Of a stretch of DNA of 64,000 bases, positions 12,669 to 24,690 are shown in pieces. Under the pieces are notes generated by a model that made no database searches, was not told the origin of the DNA, and saw only the letters and a list, made by a program, of their open reading frames with translations. A program made the position numbers and the translations under genes. Source of the DNA: Pelomyxa schiedti (Eukaryota; Protista; Evosea); the NCBI GenBank assembly GCA_020536535.1, contig JAHLWZ010000187.1, forward strand, positions 124,001 to 188,000. The letters run 5' to 3'. How positions within the stretch are numbered: position 1 is the first letter of the stretch; each line of letters opens with the position of its first letter.

Positions 12669-12856
12669 CCAAGCCATCCGGAATACGAAGGCGAGATACT
12701 CTGACCCTGTCCATGCACCACATGTCCCACGCGTGTTCCATTGGCCAAAAACAATACAGATTCACAGTTTAATTGAGGCTTAGAAAAGAAATTATTTTGC
12801 CTGCTTCGTCTCCTTTTTTTTCCCCCTTTTTTTTTCTTTCACGTCATTTCAACTTC

Positions 12857-15389
12857 ATGATCATGGACGGTGCTACGGCGACATCGACAGCGACAGCGGC
12901 GGCCGACGCGAAACCCGGCAATGAGATCCAGACAACAACTGATACAAAGGAAACAGCACCCGAATCTACGCCCGTAGTCGCCGCGTCTGCCACAGCGATC
13001 CCGCAACAGACGACACAACAACAACAAGGTCCAGATCCTTCTTCTTCTACTACTACTTCCTCGGCGGCTGTTGTCCCACAATCTACGGCCGCCTCGGCGT
13101 CGACACCCGTTTCTACGGAGACACCGACCGCCGAGAGCGAAGTAGCGAGCGAAGAGAGCGAGGAGGGAGCGACGCCGGCCGCCGCGACTTCGAAGCGCAA
13201 GTTTGTGCTTCCGCCATTTGCTGTGAATCCAAGTGGGTGGGGACCCGTTTTGGGCAGGGAGGCACAGAGCTCTTTGGGAGCGGTGGCTACATTTTCACCC
13301 CTGAACCAGGGAGACAGGCTGGGAAGATCAGCCGACTGGGGTTCTACCAATAGATATCAAGGCACTCATTCCCCCCTTTTTTGGAGTGCCGTTGCACGTT
13401 GTTGTGTTACGCTCTAGGTTGAGGAACTAATGCTAATGTTTTGAACGTTGACAGGAAGGTTCCAGCAGGAGAGAGGCGTTCCCTCAGGCACAGCACCACC
13501 ATCTACACAAAATTCCCTCTTCTTCAAGCAAGTAGAGGATAATGAATTCCGGCTCGTGGAAACTCCAACAAGAACTAGTGCCGCCACCAGTGGCAGATTT
13601 CAACAATACAACAACAGAAGGACAACAACACCACAGCAGCAGGGTAGGGGGAGATTTACACCTACACGTGGTGGCTACCAACAAGGTGACTAGCAAAACT
13701 TGGTACTTCCTCATTAAAGCAACTTCCAGGTCCTCCTCGTCGCGGTGGATTCCGTGGGCCTCCATCTCCGTATCGCAAAACTGGGTTCAGGTTTGGATAT
13801 GACAGAAACGCAAAGCAAATCAAGTATAGACTATTAATCATTACTTTTCTTATTAGTTTCCAGGGAATCTGCTCTCGAAGTTCAGTCCACATGGGTGCCA
13901 AAGGAGCAAGTAGAGTTCAACATGCTTGGAAAAATGCAGGCAGATGTTCCCCCTGTGCAGGATTTGTGAGTTTACTCCTACCCTTTGTTTCACTAACAAA
14001 AACAAGGTTGACCTGTGGTCATCTATGTGCGTTCAACAGAAAGTATTCTGGTGTCTCACCAGCCAATGAACAGAACTTGGATCGATTTGAAGGAGGCTTC
14101 TCTTCGGTATCCGAATTTGCGTTTATCTTTGTCTCATGTTAACAGGTCACCACATCCGAGGATCCAGTTCTCAAGGAGCTCCATGAGAAGGGCAATGTCT
14201 TTGCAACTGACGCAATTCTCGGTATGATTATGTGTTGTCCAAGATCAGCTTACCCCTGGGATATTATTGTTACACGCGTTGGAAATAATCTTTACTTCGA
14301 TAAGAGACCAGACTCAATTCTTGGTTTCCTTACCTTTTCTTCAACAAAAAAACCTTACAGCCATCTTAGATCTGGTTACTGTGAATGAAACTTCCTCAGA
14401 GTACGTTTCCCCAGAGGATAGGGAAAGTGGGAAGCAATTATCACTTGCACGTGAGGCGACATATGTTAATCATATGTATTCTCAGCAAGTTCTTAACAGA
14501 GTGCGAGCAAACCTTTTTTTGCTTTTAGTCTTTTACACCTCATTAGGCAGATCAAGTTCAACACCCTCGTCCAAACCCATTCCCAGCACAGCAAGGGGCC
14601 GAGCAAATTCCCGTCACATATCGCTACAGACAGTGGAATCTTGATGAAAATATACAGCTCATCGCTAGGTGCCAGGTCCACTCAACTGTGGACCGGGCTA
14701 AAGGAACAGATGGATACTGCCTGTCCACAATTTTACTGGAGACCGAACCTAAGGTCACAGAGTGGAGGTAGTTCCGTTTTTTTATTTACTGGAGAAAAAC
14801 CTCACCCTGCAAAAGGAAGAAACTAGAATCCGCACAGCGAGGTGTGGTACTCGCTACTGAACTTAGGAACAATTCATTTAGGCTGGCGAGATTCACTGCA
14901 CAAGCACTTCTTGCTGGTGCCCCCGAACTCAATCTCGGGTAAAATGAAGTCCTTCACCGATTTTTGGCTTCTAACATCTTTTCCAGCTTCGTGTCGCGCA
15001 CATCAAGCGTGCCGTTAGTGCATTCGATCATAAGCACACAGATGAATAAAGCCACACACTTTGCATCCCAAATGAACATTGGTCCCAAGAACATGTGGGC
15101 TATTCTCCGCAAGGTCATCGACATGTGCCTTGCACAGCCTCCCGGCAAATATGTTTTGATGAAGGATCTTAGCAAGGTATGGCTGCAACTTCACCTACCT
15201 TGTCAAACTAAAAAAAAACAACCCCTACACAACTCTGCCAAACCTCGAACCCCACAAAACTAAACGTTACCACAGCCCATGGTTATACTGTACCAAGTCC
15301 CAGAGACAGCAACGTTCACCACTATCGCTGCCGCGAACGCAGTCGCGTCCGCACCCACAACAACCACTACCACATCCTCTTCCAGTTAA
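12857..15389 (+). CDS. EIF3D: Eukaryotic translation initiation factor 3 subunit D, with Thr/Ala/Ser-rich N-terminal extension
   Basis: [24 protein letters not shown]...[35 protein letters not shown] and GKYVLMKD motifs across spliced exons. Confidence 0.95.
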
Positions 15390-15939
15390 AATCCCGAACT
15401 TAAACTTCCCAGCACCTTTCCGCTCTGTTTACAGCCCCCACCACCCTTTTCGAAAGAAAAAAAAGCCTTTTTGCTTCACTGTTTTTACAGCCTCGGAGTA
15501 CGGAAACGTCGTGTTGACCCTCAGTACAAAAAAAAAATCCCCGGCAAATAGAAACATGTCCACGACCGCTTGAAGAAGTCTATAACTCAGCAAAGAGCTC
15601 CCCTCCAGCTGCAGCACCGTAGCCACCACCAAACTTAACTGAACTCAGAGAGCCACCTCCCACTCCACAACAGCGCAATGTACGACACACCACGGCATGT
15701 TATTTGTTGAGATGTTTCTTTTTTGTTGTTTCTTTTTTGTTGTATCTTTTTTTATGAATAAGTCTGGGAAAAACAGGCGCCAAAAAAAAAAGGAGGAAGA
15801 CAACCACAGATGTGTGTTGGATTGGAGCAGACGACAATCTTGTTGGACAAGACGATATTAGCATTGTTTGTGACGTAGTGCTTACTCGGCTCGGTGTTGT
15901 GTTTGATTTTTTTTTTTTGTTCTTTGAACCTAGAACTTT

Positions 15940-16039
15940 TTATTTGACAGAACAACACGCAGGGGAAGTATGTAAAGATCTTGGTTCACATCGTGAATAG
16001 AACACATCGTGATTATTTGACATAACAACACGCAGGGGA
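15940..16039 (+). repeat. 27-bp direct repeat (2 copies, 1 mismatch)
   Basis: ttatttgaca[g/t]aacaacacgcagggga at 15940-15966 and 16013-16039. cacatcgtga also occurs twice between the copies. Confidence 0.85.
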
Positions 16040-17440
16040 GTGCTGTTGGCGCCATTACAAAGGTGATCGAGTGCGGGGTGGGAGAGTGGATTATGGGAGG
16101 TGATTGATGATTTAGTGCAGGACCCCCGGTTGGCAGTTCATGTATCCGTTTCAAGTTCTGGAACCCTGATTTCAGTCAAATAAAAGTAGGCAAGTCGTTG
16201 TGTTAGTTGAACACCATGAAGCCTGTTTTTTCGTGGTTTTGTTGGGGTTTAATTAGTGATAAAGCATAGTAGTTTAAAAACCGTGCCAAGTAAGAACAAG
16301 GAGCCCAGTGGATACGATGTACTAACGCTTCCATGTAAATCACGCCATCTTTTATTGGAAATGATATGCTCGATATATTATGCCGGCATCATCTACAGTT
16401 CAGTCAATTTGGAGAAGTGACTTGTCTAAGGTAAACGCTGAGAGAATACATTGAAGGTTAATGCGGAGACGATAGATTAAGTTTGGCTTCTCCAATCACT
16501 CCTGCTTTCTAGATTTCTATTGTGTTGGGCTTATTTAGATCTTTAGATTTGGTGAATTTTCAGTCTGCTTTATAACTAGTGCACTGGGAAGTGGTTTTCT
16601 TTTGCACAAAATAGAATCTCCAATCCACACACAATATATCCAATCCAAATCCAAAGGGTACCTTGTGCGAAATTGAGGGGTTAATTAATTGGGAAGCACC
16701 ACACACCTTGTTTTGTGGGTCAATGAAATGATGTAATATCTCAGGGTTAAGGAAGGGTTTACTGTAGCGTAGTGTTGGAGTGTGTGATTGATGAGTGGGG
16801 GTCAGTTGCACCAACCACGTCCAACTCTAGCACCCACAGGTGCGTCAGTTAAACCAACAGCAAACTCTGGGGTGGTGTGGTGGTGAGATTGTTGTTGACT
16901 GGATGGAGAATAGGAGAGGAACAGTGGCTGGTTTATTTATGGAATTAGAGTTGGCTGTACATTAATTTCACAAAAAAAACATGCTAATAACCACAAACTT
17001 ACTGTCATTACAACGTGGCTTGCTGCGAGTCAAAACGAACGCATCAGTTTATTGCTGCCGCGCGTAACGGCTGCTGTAGGTTTTTTGTTTTCTTTTTTTA
17101 TTTAGTTTTCAAGTTGTTTACAAAATACTGGCGCTTTTTTTTCAGGGATTTCCCAGAGACGCAAAAAATTTCGATCAGATGAAAATGTGGGCAGGGACCA
17201 GAGACGTGGGCTGATATTCTTTGTTGCATTCCAACAGGTGGTTGTGGGTCCCCCTGGCTTCAACAGCAGATGGTTCGTCTGGTCGTGCCTTCACCCTACA
17301 GAGTGTTCAGGCTGTCCGGTCATTGCCAGTCATCCCATCAGCACATGGCTGGAATCTCGTTGCACTCAACTATCCCAGATAATATGAGGTGCCATTTGTG
17401 TGGTTAGACTTGGAAACTTTCGAACGGAAAATGGAGGTGG

Positions 17441-18612
17441 TACCTTCAGATTGTATAGTATGTCGGTTCAGACCTCAAGGCCGTTCATTGCAAAGCATCC
17501 ATCTCCCACGACACAAATAACTGGCCTGTTGGGGAACGCCAATACAACTCCAAATTCCCCCGCGGTCATCTAACCTGCCCACCGAGTTAGAAATACAACA
17601 AACAACAGGATGATGAAAGAAAGGGTTGATAATGCACACCCATGCTTGCCCAGCCAATTTCAGCAAAGTGTTTTTGGTCACCAGTGATCTTGAGATAATG
17701 GTACAAGTGAAGAAAGCGGCACCAGAGGGATCATAATAGCCTGGAGTTCCAAGATTGGTTTGGTGAACCGTGGCCGCACACAATTTTCAATAAACAAATG
17801 AACCTCCGTGAAGATCCTTTCTCAGGCCGCGGGGTGAAGAGGAACTGCTTCAGAGTTGTAACTCTCTTCATCTTCAAACCGAGAAAACAGTGACAGGAAC
17901 AAGATTGCACCTTTCCCGTCTGTTCAGTGTCCCATGTGATTGGTTGTGCCGTCTTTGCTCTTTGTTCACAATTATAAGCGGCAGTGTTGCAAACGAGGGA
18001 GCCTTCTTACTTGTTTCCATCTCTGAAAGACTGGCCCCGAGCACGAGGATAGTATCAGATATCGAAATTGCTTCTGACACAGCCTTCTGACATCCCAGAC
18101 AGTAACATCCTGCATGCCTGAAGTTGTCTTCTGAAACAACCCTGCAAAGTCAAGTGAGATGAAGAGTGCTTTTTCTCAGGGAACAGAAACCTTTTGACAA
18201 AAGAGTCGTGACCGTGAGGGCATGCATACTGTGCGACACATTCTATTTGAGACAGAGAGGTTCACTGACCCGGGGCGACCAGAAAACATAGCATTAAACA
18301 CTCGAGGAATAATACTGCCCAGGATACCTGATTTTCTGGGGTTAAAAGTATCAGATAGAAGTGCATGCTACCAAAATCTTGAAGTCTGCTGTATTCTCCC
18401 AAGATTTCGAACATCAAGATACTCCAACGCATTAACGAGGTCGATTTTTGTGGGAGAAGAAATATAATGAGAAAAAAGGAAATACGGTATCTCAGTGGTG
18501 GCCAGTCTATCCTTGGCAAATTACATTGAACACTGCAGCTCCCGGTGCTCCTGTGTGGTAGGCAATCGAGTGTTATAGTATTCCTTGGCATTGTAATGTT
18601 CTCTCCAGGTTC
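17441..18612 (-). pseudogene. Decayed acetolactate-synthase-like ThDP-dependent enzyme
   Basis: Family motifs occur in the correct order but in shifting frames: EPGENIT; IIPRVFNAMFSGRPGSVNL; ALTVTTLLSKG/VVSED; AISISDTILVLGASLSEMET; LAFPNRPVICVVGDGCFAMNGLEV*TDILYNLKV (TGA at 17468-17470). Confidence 0.7.
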
Positions 18613-18669
18613 CTGCGGGAAAAATTTTCTTGGGGACAAAAAAAACCCAAAAAAAGTGGGGAAAAACCA

Positions 18670-19745
18670 TCCAGATAAGTTTCGAGGGAAAATATAGGAT
18701 CCCCTTTGCCCCATATTTGACAGAACTCAGGAGGTAAGACACCGCCATACCGTGCCATTTCTTCCACCAAATTCCGTTGTTCTGTCACAACAGCAATGAC
18801 CATAGGAGTCAATACACTCTTTGGAAGCTCCAGTCCATCCTTCAGGGTTCGAGGAAGCTTCCCGGCAAGATTCGGATCAGCGCCAACAGATAGAAGCACA
18901 TTCGCCAATAATCCATCCCCTTTGCGGATAGCTTCAAGCAGGCACTTGTGCCTCGACTTCGGCGGGTCCCTCCACCTCGCCGCAGGCCAGGTGCCCCAGC
19001 CTCGCGCACATGTGCAGCGCCGTGCCCTCGTGGCAGCCGTAGCGGCCGCGGGGCGCGGCGTCGGCCCGCCACCTGCCCGCGAGGCGCTCCGCGGCGGCCG
19101 CGTGGCCCCCCAGCGCCGCCTCCATCAGGGGCGTCCGCTGCATGGCCCCCGCCGCGTCGACCAGCCATCGCACGGCCTCGCAGTCCGCCGCGGCGCCCCT
19201 GCGCCTCTGCGCCCAGGCCTCCAGCACCGCGCCCATCTCCTGCACGCGGCCCAGCGCCGCGCACACGTGGACCACGCTGTAGGAGTGGGCCTCCGAGTCC
19301 CACGAGATTTCCTCCTCGTCGCCCATGGGGGTGTCCTCCAGGGCCGCGCGGAGCTCCTCCATGTGGGTGCCGGTCACGGCGGCTCTGAGGAGCTTCATCC
19401 GCAGCTTCCCGGCGCGGCTGTGGTGGGGTATGCGCTTCAGTAAACTGAGGTACAGGCGCTCTTTCGTTGCGCCTCTCTGTCCGGGGTCGTCAAGACCACC
19501 TAGAAGCCATTCCTCTCCGCTAAGAACACTCTCCACCTCCTGTTTCGCGACAGGGTTAATCGCGTCCCATCGTCGACAGTCGTTACGTGAAGGTCCACCG
19601 AGAACGAATAAACTGTCCGATTTGGCCCAGTGAAACTGTAGGATTCACTGTCTTGGCCTGCTGGCTGGTTTGTACAAGTTGAACCCTGAAGCAACCGAAT
19701 CCTGTAACCGCAACACGCGACACCTCCAAGAAGCGCTGGACTCAT
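18670..19745 (-). CDS. Ankyrin-repeat protein, frameshifted near 18960-18980 (pseudogene or sequence error)
   Basis: TPLMEAALGGH, TALHMCARLGH, LLEAIRKGDGLLANVLLSVGADPN and TPMVIAV are split over two frames with no plausible intron between them. Start and end uncertain. Confidence 0.7.
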
Positions 19746-19827
19746 CGGAATCGAAGAGGTGTCGGATCTGATTCGCGATTTTTAATTGCCACAACGAAAC
19801 AAAGAACTCGCGCGGCCGTCCAGGTTG

Positions 19828-22800
19828 ATGAAGGGCGAAGAAAGAGACACGGCAAGCAAAGCAAGCAAAGAAAAGCAGGAAGACAAGGGCAACGAAGCGA
19901 CCACCACCGAAACTAAGGATGTACCACGCGATGACTTGTGCGAAATATGTACCAAGAGACCAGCTACATTGAAATGTGAAGAATGTGGAATGGTATGTAG
20001 GATCCAGTGCTTCTTTTTCCCTTTCTTTCTTAACAAGCAACAATTAAAAAAAAAAACAAGGCTAACACACTTTACAGCTGTGTAGTAAAGATTCAAGCAA
20101 AATACATAACGCTAAGAGGAATCGTAGCCACGTTGTTCGGAGCATCTCCCCTGTCGTTAACCCTATTTGTGAACCCTCCCCACCTTCAACAAGTACTCTA
20201 TGTTCTGTATTTTCTGTGTTCTGAGGTCTCAAAAGATTCCAGTACACTCTGTTCATTTTGTTCCAATCCCTTGTCAACTCAAGTTAGCTTGGATGTGTAG
20301 CTCCATTTATGCTAATTATTTTAATTGGAACCTTAATGAAATATTAGTGCGGACACAATGTTTGCCAGTCATGTTTCGACATCTGTGCAGCTTTTTCCAT
20401 TTTGCAACGACCCACTTCACTATCAACATCAACAACCTCATCAACATCACCTGAAACCACAGTCACATGCGCAAAGTGCTTCTCAAAAACGCATATTCCA
20501 GAAAATCTCCAGTTAAACACCACAGACTCACTAGCCATTCCCCATCAGGTCAGTGTTACATACAATTCAAAAGGGGTAACACAATTCAATAGGGTGTGCT
20601 CCTGTGTGATGAATGCAAAGGCACAAGTGACGAAAAACCGGCAATGTGTGCTTGTGCAGTCTGTGAGTGTGTATTGTGCGACTCTTGTTGGTTGAAAGTA
20701 CATTCAATCAAGATATTATGCTCTCACCAAAAAAGCCCTCTTTCACCTGTTAATGCAGGTTCCTTCCTTCATAAAAGTTTTTTTCGTTTTTCCTTACAGA
20801 CAAAGGTAAATGCTCTTTCCATCCAACAATCAAGGCAACTCATTTCTGTGAAAGTGAGAACAAACTCATTTGCATGAGTTGTGTACTTCATCATGCCGGC
20901 ATGGTAAACAAAGTCTCTACCTTTGTCACACTGATTTTTCAGAGACATCAACTTTCACCAGTGAATACTATTCTTGCAAACACAACTGAAAAGCTGAAAA
21001 ATATTGCCACCACATCTCAGTTACATCATGATAATTTCCAAGCCTCCTCTCTTGCTGTCTCTAAAATGGTTGCCAAAATGAAGGAGGTATGTCTATGACA
21101 TTAGAAACTATCAAGTAAGCTCCTTCTTAGGATGACGCAGCCTTAAGAGCAAAACTGGGAACCTTAACCACATCCCTGCAGACATTTCTCAGCCAGCAAA
21201 AATCTAAGAAAAGCAAAGAAGGCAATTTGGCTCAATCATTTCCCCAGTTTCATGTACCCCTTTGTAAACAGTGCTCGACCTTAGAAGAGAAGTTGATTCT
21301 TGTCAGTCACTAATTACTGTCTACGAAGAATTGGCCCAAGAACTTACAAATGTGGATACTGCAAAGAGTTCTTTGAGTGCTGTACTCAGTGGGCACAACC
21401 GCTTTTTGGTAAAAAATACTATTTTTCTGTGAGAGCTAAGTACAGATTTCTTTCCCCGTCTCAGAGGCTGGAGGAGTTATTCCGCGAATATAACTGTGCA
21501 AGTCTTGCTGGACAAAGTGATTCGTTGGGGGATGACTCACTACCCTTTTGCCAATTTATTGAACATGTCCAGTCTTTGTGCCAAGGTTGTTTTTCTCAGA
21601 GATTTAACCTAACGCTATGCACCCAGAGATTTCGCCCAGTCCACCTCCCTCGCAAAATATCAATTCTCCAACGTCTTTTGATGGCCAAGGTAAAAGTTCT
21701 TATTACTCCTCTCTATGAGCATTGTAACTCATTAAAAGACAGGAGTCAGTGTTTCCTCTTCCTGTATTCTGGAGGCCCCAACCCCCCCAACACCCACACC
21801 TTCACCTCCTCCTCTTGCGCGACCATCACACACAAAAAAAACTAAGCGAAAAAGAAAGAGCATTCCTAAACCCAAACCACAGGCACCTGTAAGTAATCAT
21901 AACCAATCTCCATCTTCCCAATCGATACAACTCATCACCCAGGCTCCATCCCCTCCATCCCCACCTCCAAAATCGCCAACACTGATTTCTGGTAATACCA
22001 CTTCACGAGAAAGCCCTTGGCAAACAACAATTCACTTGAGTAGTTCTACTTCAAGACATAATTTTGTTCAAGCTGGTGTGGGCCCATAGCTTATTTTATT
22101 TTTCTAACACATCGTAGGGCACAGAATTCTTGCATGGGGTAATAATAGCAATAAACAACTGGGAGTGGGGAATACAGCAACACATATGACATCACCCCAA
22201 GAAACTTCTCTCCTGGTGGGGAAGACTGTAAAAAGCATTGCTTGTGGCTTGTCACATACGATTGCCCTCCTAGGTCCTCCCCACAGAAAAAAAAATCGAA
22301 CTAACCCTCATCACAGAAGGAGGTGGACTCCTATCATGGGGCTGCAATCAACATGGGCAACTTGGTGTAGGAGACTTTCGTGACCGAGATATACCCGTCA
22401 GTGGTAACTCTTTCCTTTTAGCTTCCCAGAACTGACCCACACAGTATCTTTCACACACTTGGAGTGCAATGTAACAGAAGTATCTTGTGGCAAGTATCAC
22501 ACACTTGCCTTGATGGGTACTTAGATGCAGTCCTAGCCCCTCTAACCTGTTTAAAGGAAATGGGGATGTTTACTCCTGGGGGCACAATAAATGTGGACAA
22601 CTTGGACTCTCCAACACCCTTAACATGAACTTTCCTCAAATCGTGCAATGCTCATCCACAAATTTCTCCTCGATTTCATGTGGTGCCTTTTTTTCTGTGG
22701 CCATCTCTTGTATTTTTTTGCCTCTTTCCTGCTTTTTCTCAACAATCGTAGCCACTGGAGACCTCTATAGTTGGGGTGACAATTCTACAGGCCAACTTGG

Positions 22801-23432
22801 CATTGGAAGTAAATATAAGAAGTCGGTGCCCCAGTTGGTTGCAGCCCTCCAAGGAAAACATGTAACAGATGTTACCTGTGGAGGCTGGCACACCATTGCT
22901 CAACTTGGTGAGTGAATTCCTACTGCGATCCTACTTCTCATATTAACTACTATTTCCCAGAATCTGGTGAAGTTTTCCTGTGGGGGGCCATCTGGGATGC
23001 CAGTACCACCGATAAAGAAAAAGCCCTGCACAACATATTCCCGCAGCCTGTTCCGTTCCTTACCGGCAAACAGGTAGTGACCATTTGTTGTGGGGGACGC
23101 CATACAATTGCTGTTCTCGGTACTCTCCCTCTATTCTTCCAAACTACTTACTCATGTTTCAACTAGACTCCGGAGAGTTCCTTTCGTGGGGCTGCAACAA
23201 TTGTGGGCAGCTTGGCTGTGGCTCGTCCCCCAAAGCAAGCCAACCACTCAAAATAAGCCACATGAACGGGAGGCATGCCGTTGCAGTATCCTGCGGAGCC
23301 TCTCACACAACGGTGCTCCTTGATACAGGGGAGGTCATTGGTTGGGGCAAATGGGCCAAAGGCACACCCACCGTGGGATTGGACAAACCATTCCAGTTTG
23401 GCCCACAGCACTTCGCCAATCAACTTTGGTGA
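19828..23432 (+). CDS. TRIM-like protein (B-box, RING-like, two B-boxes, coiled region) with C-terminal RCC1 repeats
   Basis: CEICTKRPATLKCEECGMLC; CSFC...CGHNVCQSC...CAKC; CDEC...CAVCECVLCDSCWLKVH; CSFH...HFCESENKLICMSC; repeated SWG.N..GQLG and V.CG..HT motifs. Confidence 0.85.
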
Positions 23433-23477
23433 GGGGAAACCCCACAAATCACTTTGACATAAATAACAAAAAAAAAT

Positions 23478-24397
23478 TCAGTGCGACTTCTTTGCCCTTT
23501 CTGAAGCTTTTGGCCTTTTCATAAGAGTGATTGGTACGCCAAATGCGGTGATGGTTTCCACTACCTCAAATCCAGCCCTTTTGTAGAACGTAAGGTTCTT
23601 TAGGTTGCTACTTTCCTTCATTTTGTATTGAGTGAGATAGGAATTGGGGAAGTAGGATTGAAATACCAGATAACAGGGTAAGTTTTGGGAATCGGCAGTG
23701 TCCAGCTCCGGCTGGATAACTAGGGAACCCAAACCCCCGTTTCTCATTGACGGGTCGACGGCAATGGCAATCAGTTTCATGTATTTGGTACCCTTTCCCA
23801 TTATTCTGGCTTCACAATCACCAGCGCGGGAAAAGCAAGATAGGACTCTCAGGAGAATTAGAAGCCCTTTCATTCCTATTCAGTATGTGGTACACTTAGA
23901 ACTTTAATTCCGGAGAAAAGGTTAACCTATGTTCCACCATGCCAGAAAAGCCATTGTTATCAAAGACCATATCTCTTGAAAAAGGTTGAAGTGGGAAGTC
24001 GCCCTGTTCTGCATCAGAATGTACCAAAAGATGTGAGGAACCATATGGTTGCTGCTTTGGTATCACCCATTGCAGGCATTTCTCTAGAAAAACATCTTCT
24101 TACCATCTGCACATACATTACGAATTTAAAATCGAGGGAAAAAAGCTGTACAGTCTTTCTCCCAGTGAGCCAAGACGGGAAGTAGGATGTGAAAAAGCAC
24201 CATAAGAATAGCCTTCTCACACTGGTATCAGGTATCAATGCACCGACAAAAGGGTCATCCATAAACCCTCGTGACATGGTAACTGCAACATCATTTTGGA
24301 AGCCAAATCCCATAATCCCGGTGGTGCAGTAGTCTCTCATGGTGTTGCGGGGCTCCCCTCTACTAACAGTTTCTGTCGACGTGGAGGCCTCGCTCAT
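23478..24397 (-). CDS. GNAT-family N-acetyltransferase
   Basis: IAVDPSMRNGGLGSLVI (motif A); CYL|ESSNLKNLTFYKRAGFEVV; MSRGFMDDPF. Confidence 0.88.
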
Positions 24398-24690
24398 TTC
24401 CTCAGCTGTTTTAAGGTTCCCTTACTTTTTGTCAACGTAGGTTTTTTTTTGTGCTGGCTAGGCGGCAAACACAACGGTCGAAATTCCTTCCGTTTTCAAT
24501 TTCTGCACTTGCTTTTTGGACAGGAGGTCAAGCCTTAAGCAGGCCTGTCACTTGAAAGTGGGATCCCCCTTTCTCACAGTACATTCTACCCTTAAAAGGT
24601 TTGCGTTATTTTTCTTTCTTCGATCAAAGATCAGAAAACGAAAACAAAAAGTCCAACGAAACCTTGCTGCCCTTTGGGTGGGCGCTTCTC

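Noticed and set aside
16740-16757. Perfect U12 branch-like TTCCTTAAC on the minus strand
   Set aside because: No RTATCCT donor upstream and no gene context.
17468-17470. In-frame TGA as possible selenocysteine or recoded Trp
   Set aside because: The locus has several other lesions, no SECIS was recognised, and TGA is a normal stop in ATG8, RPS19 and TCTP here.
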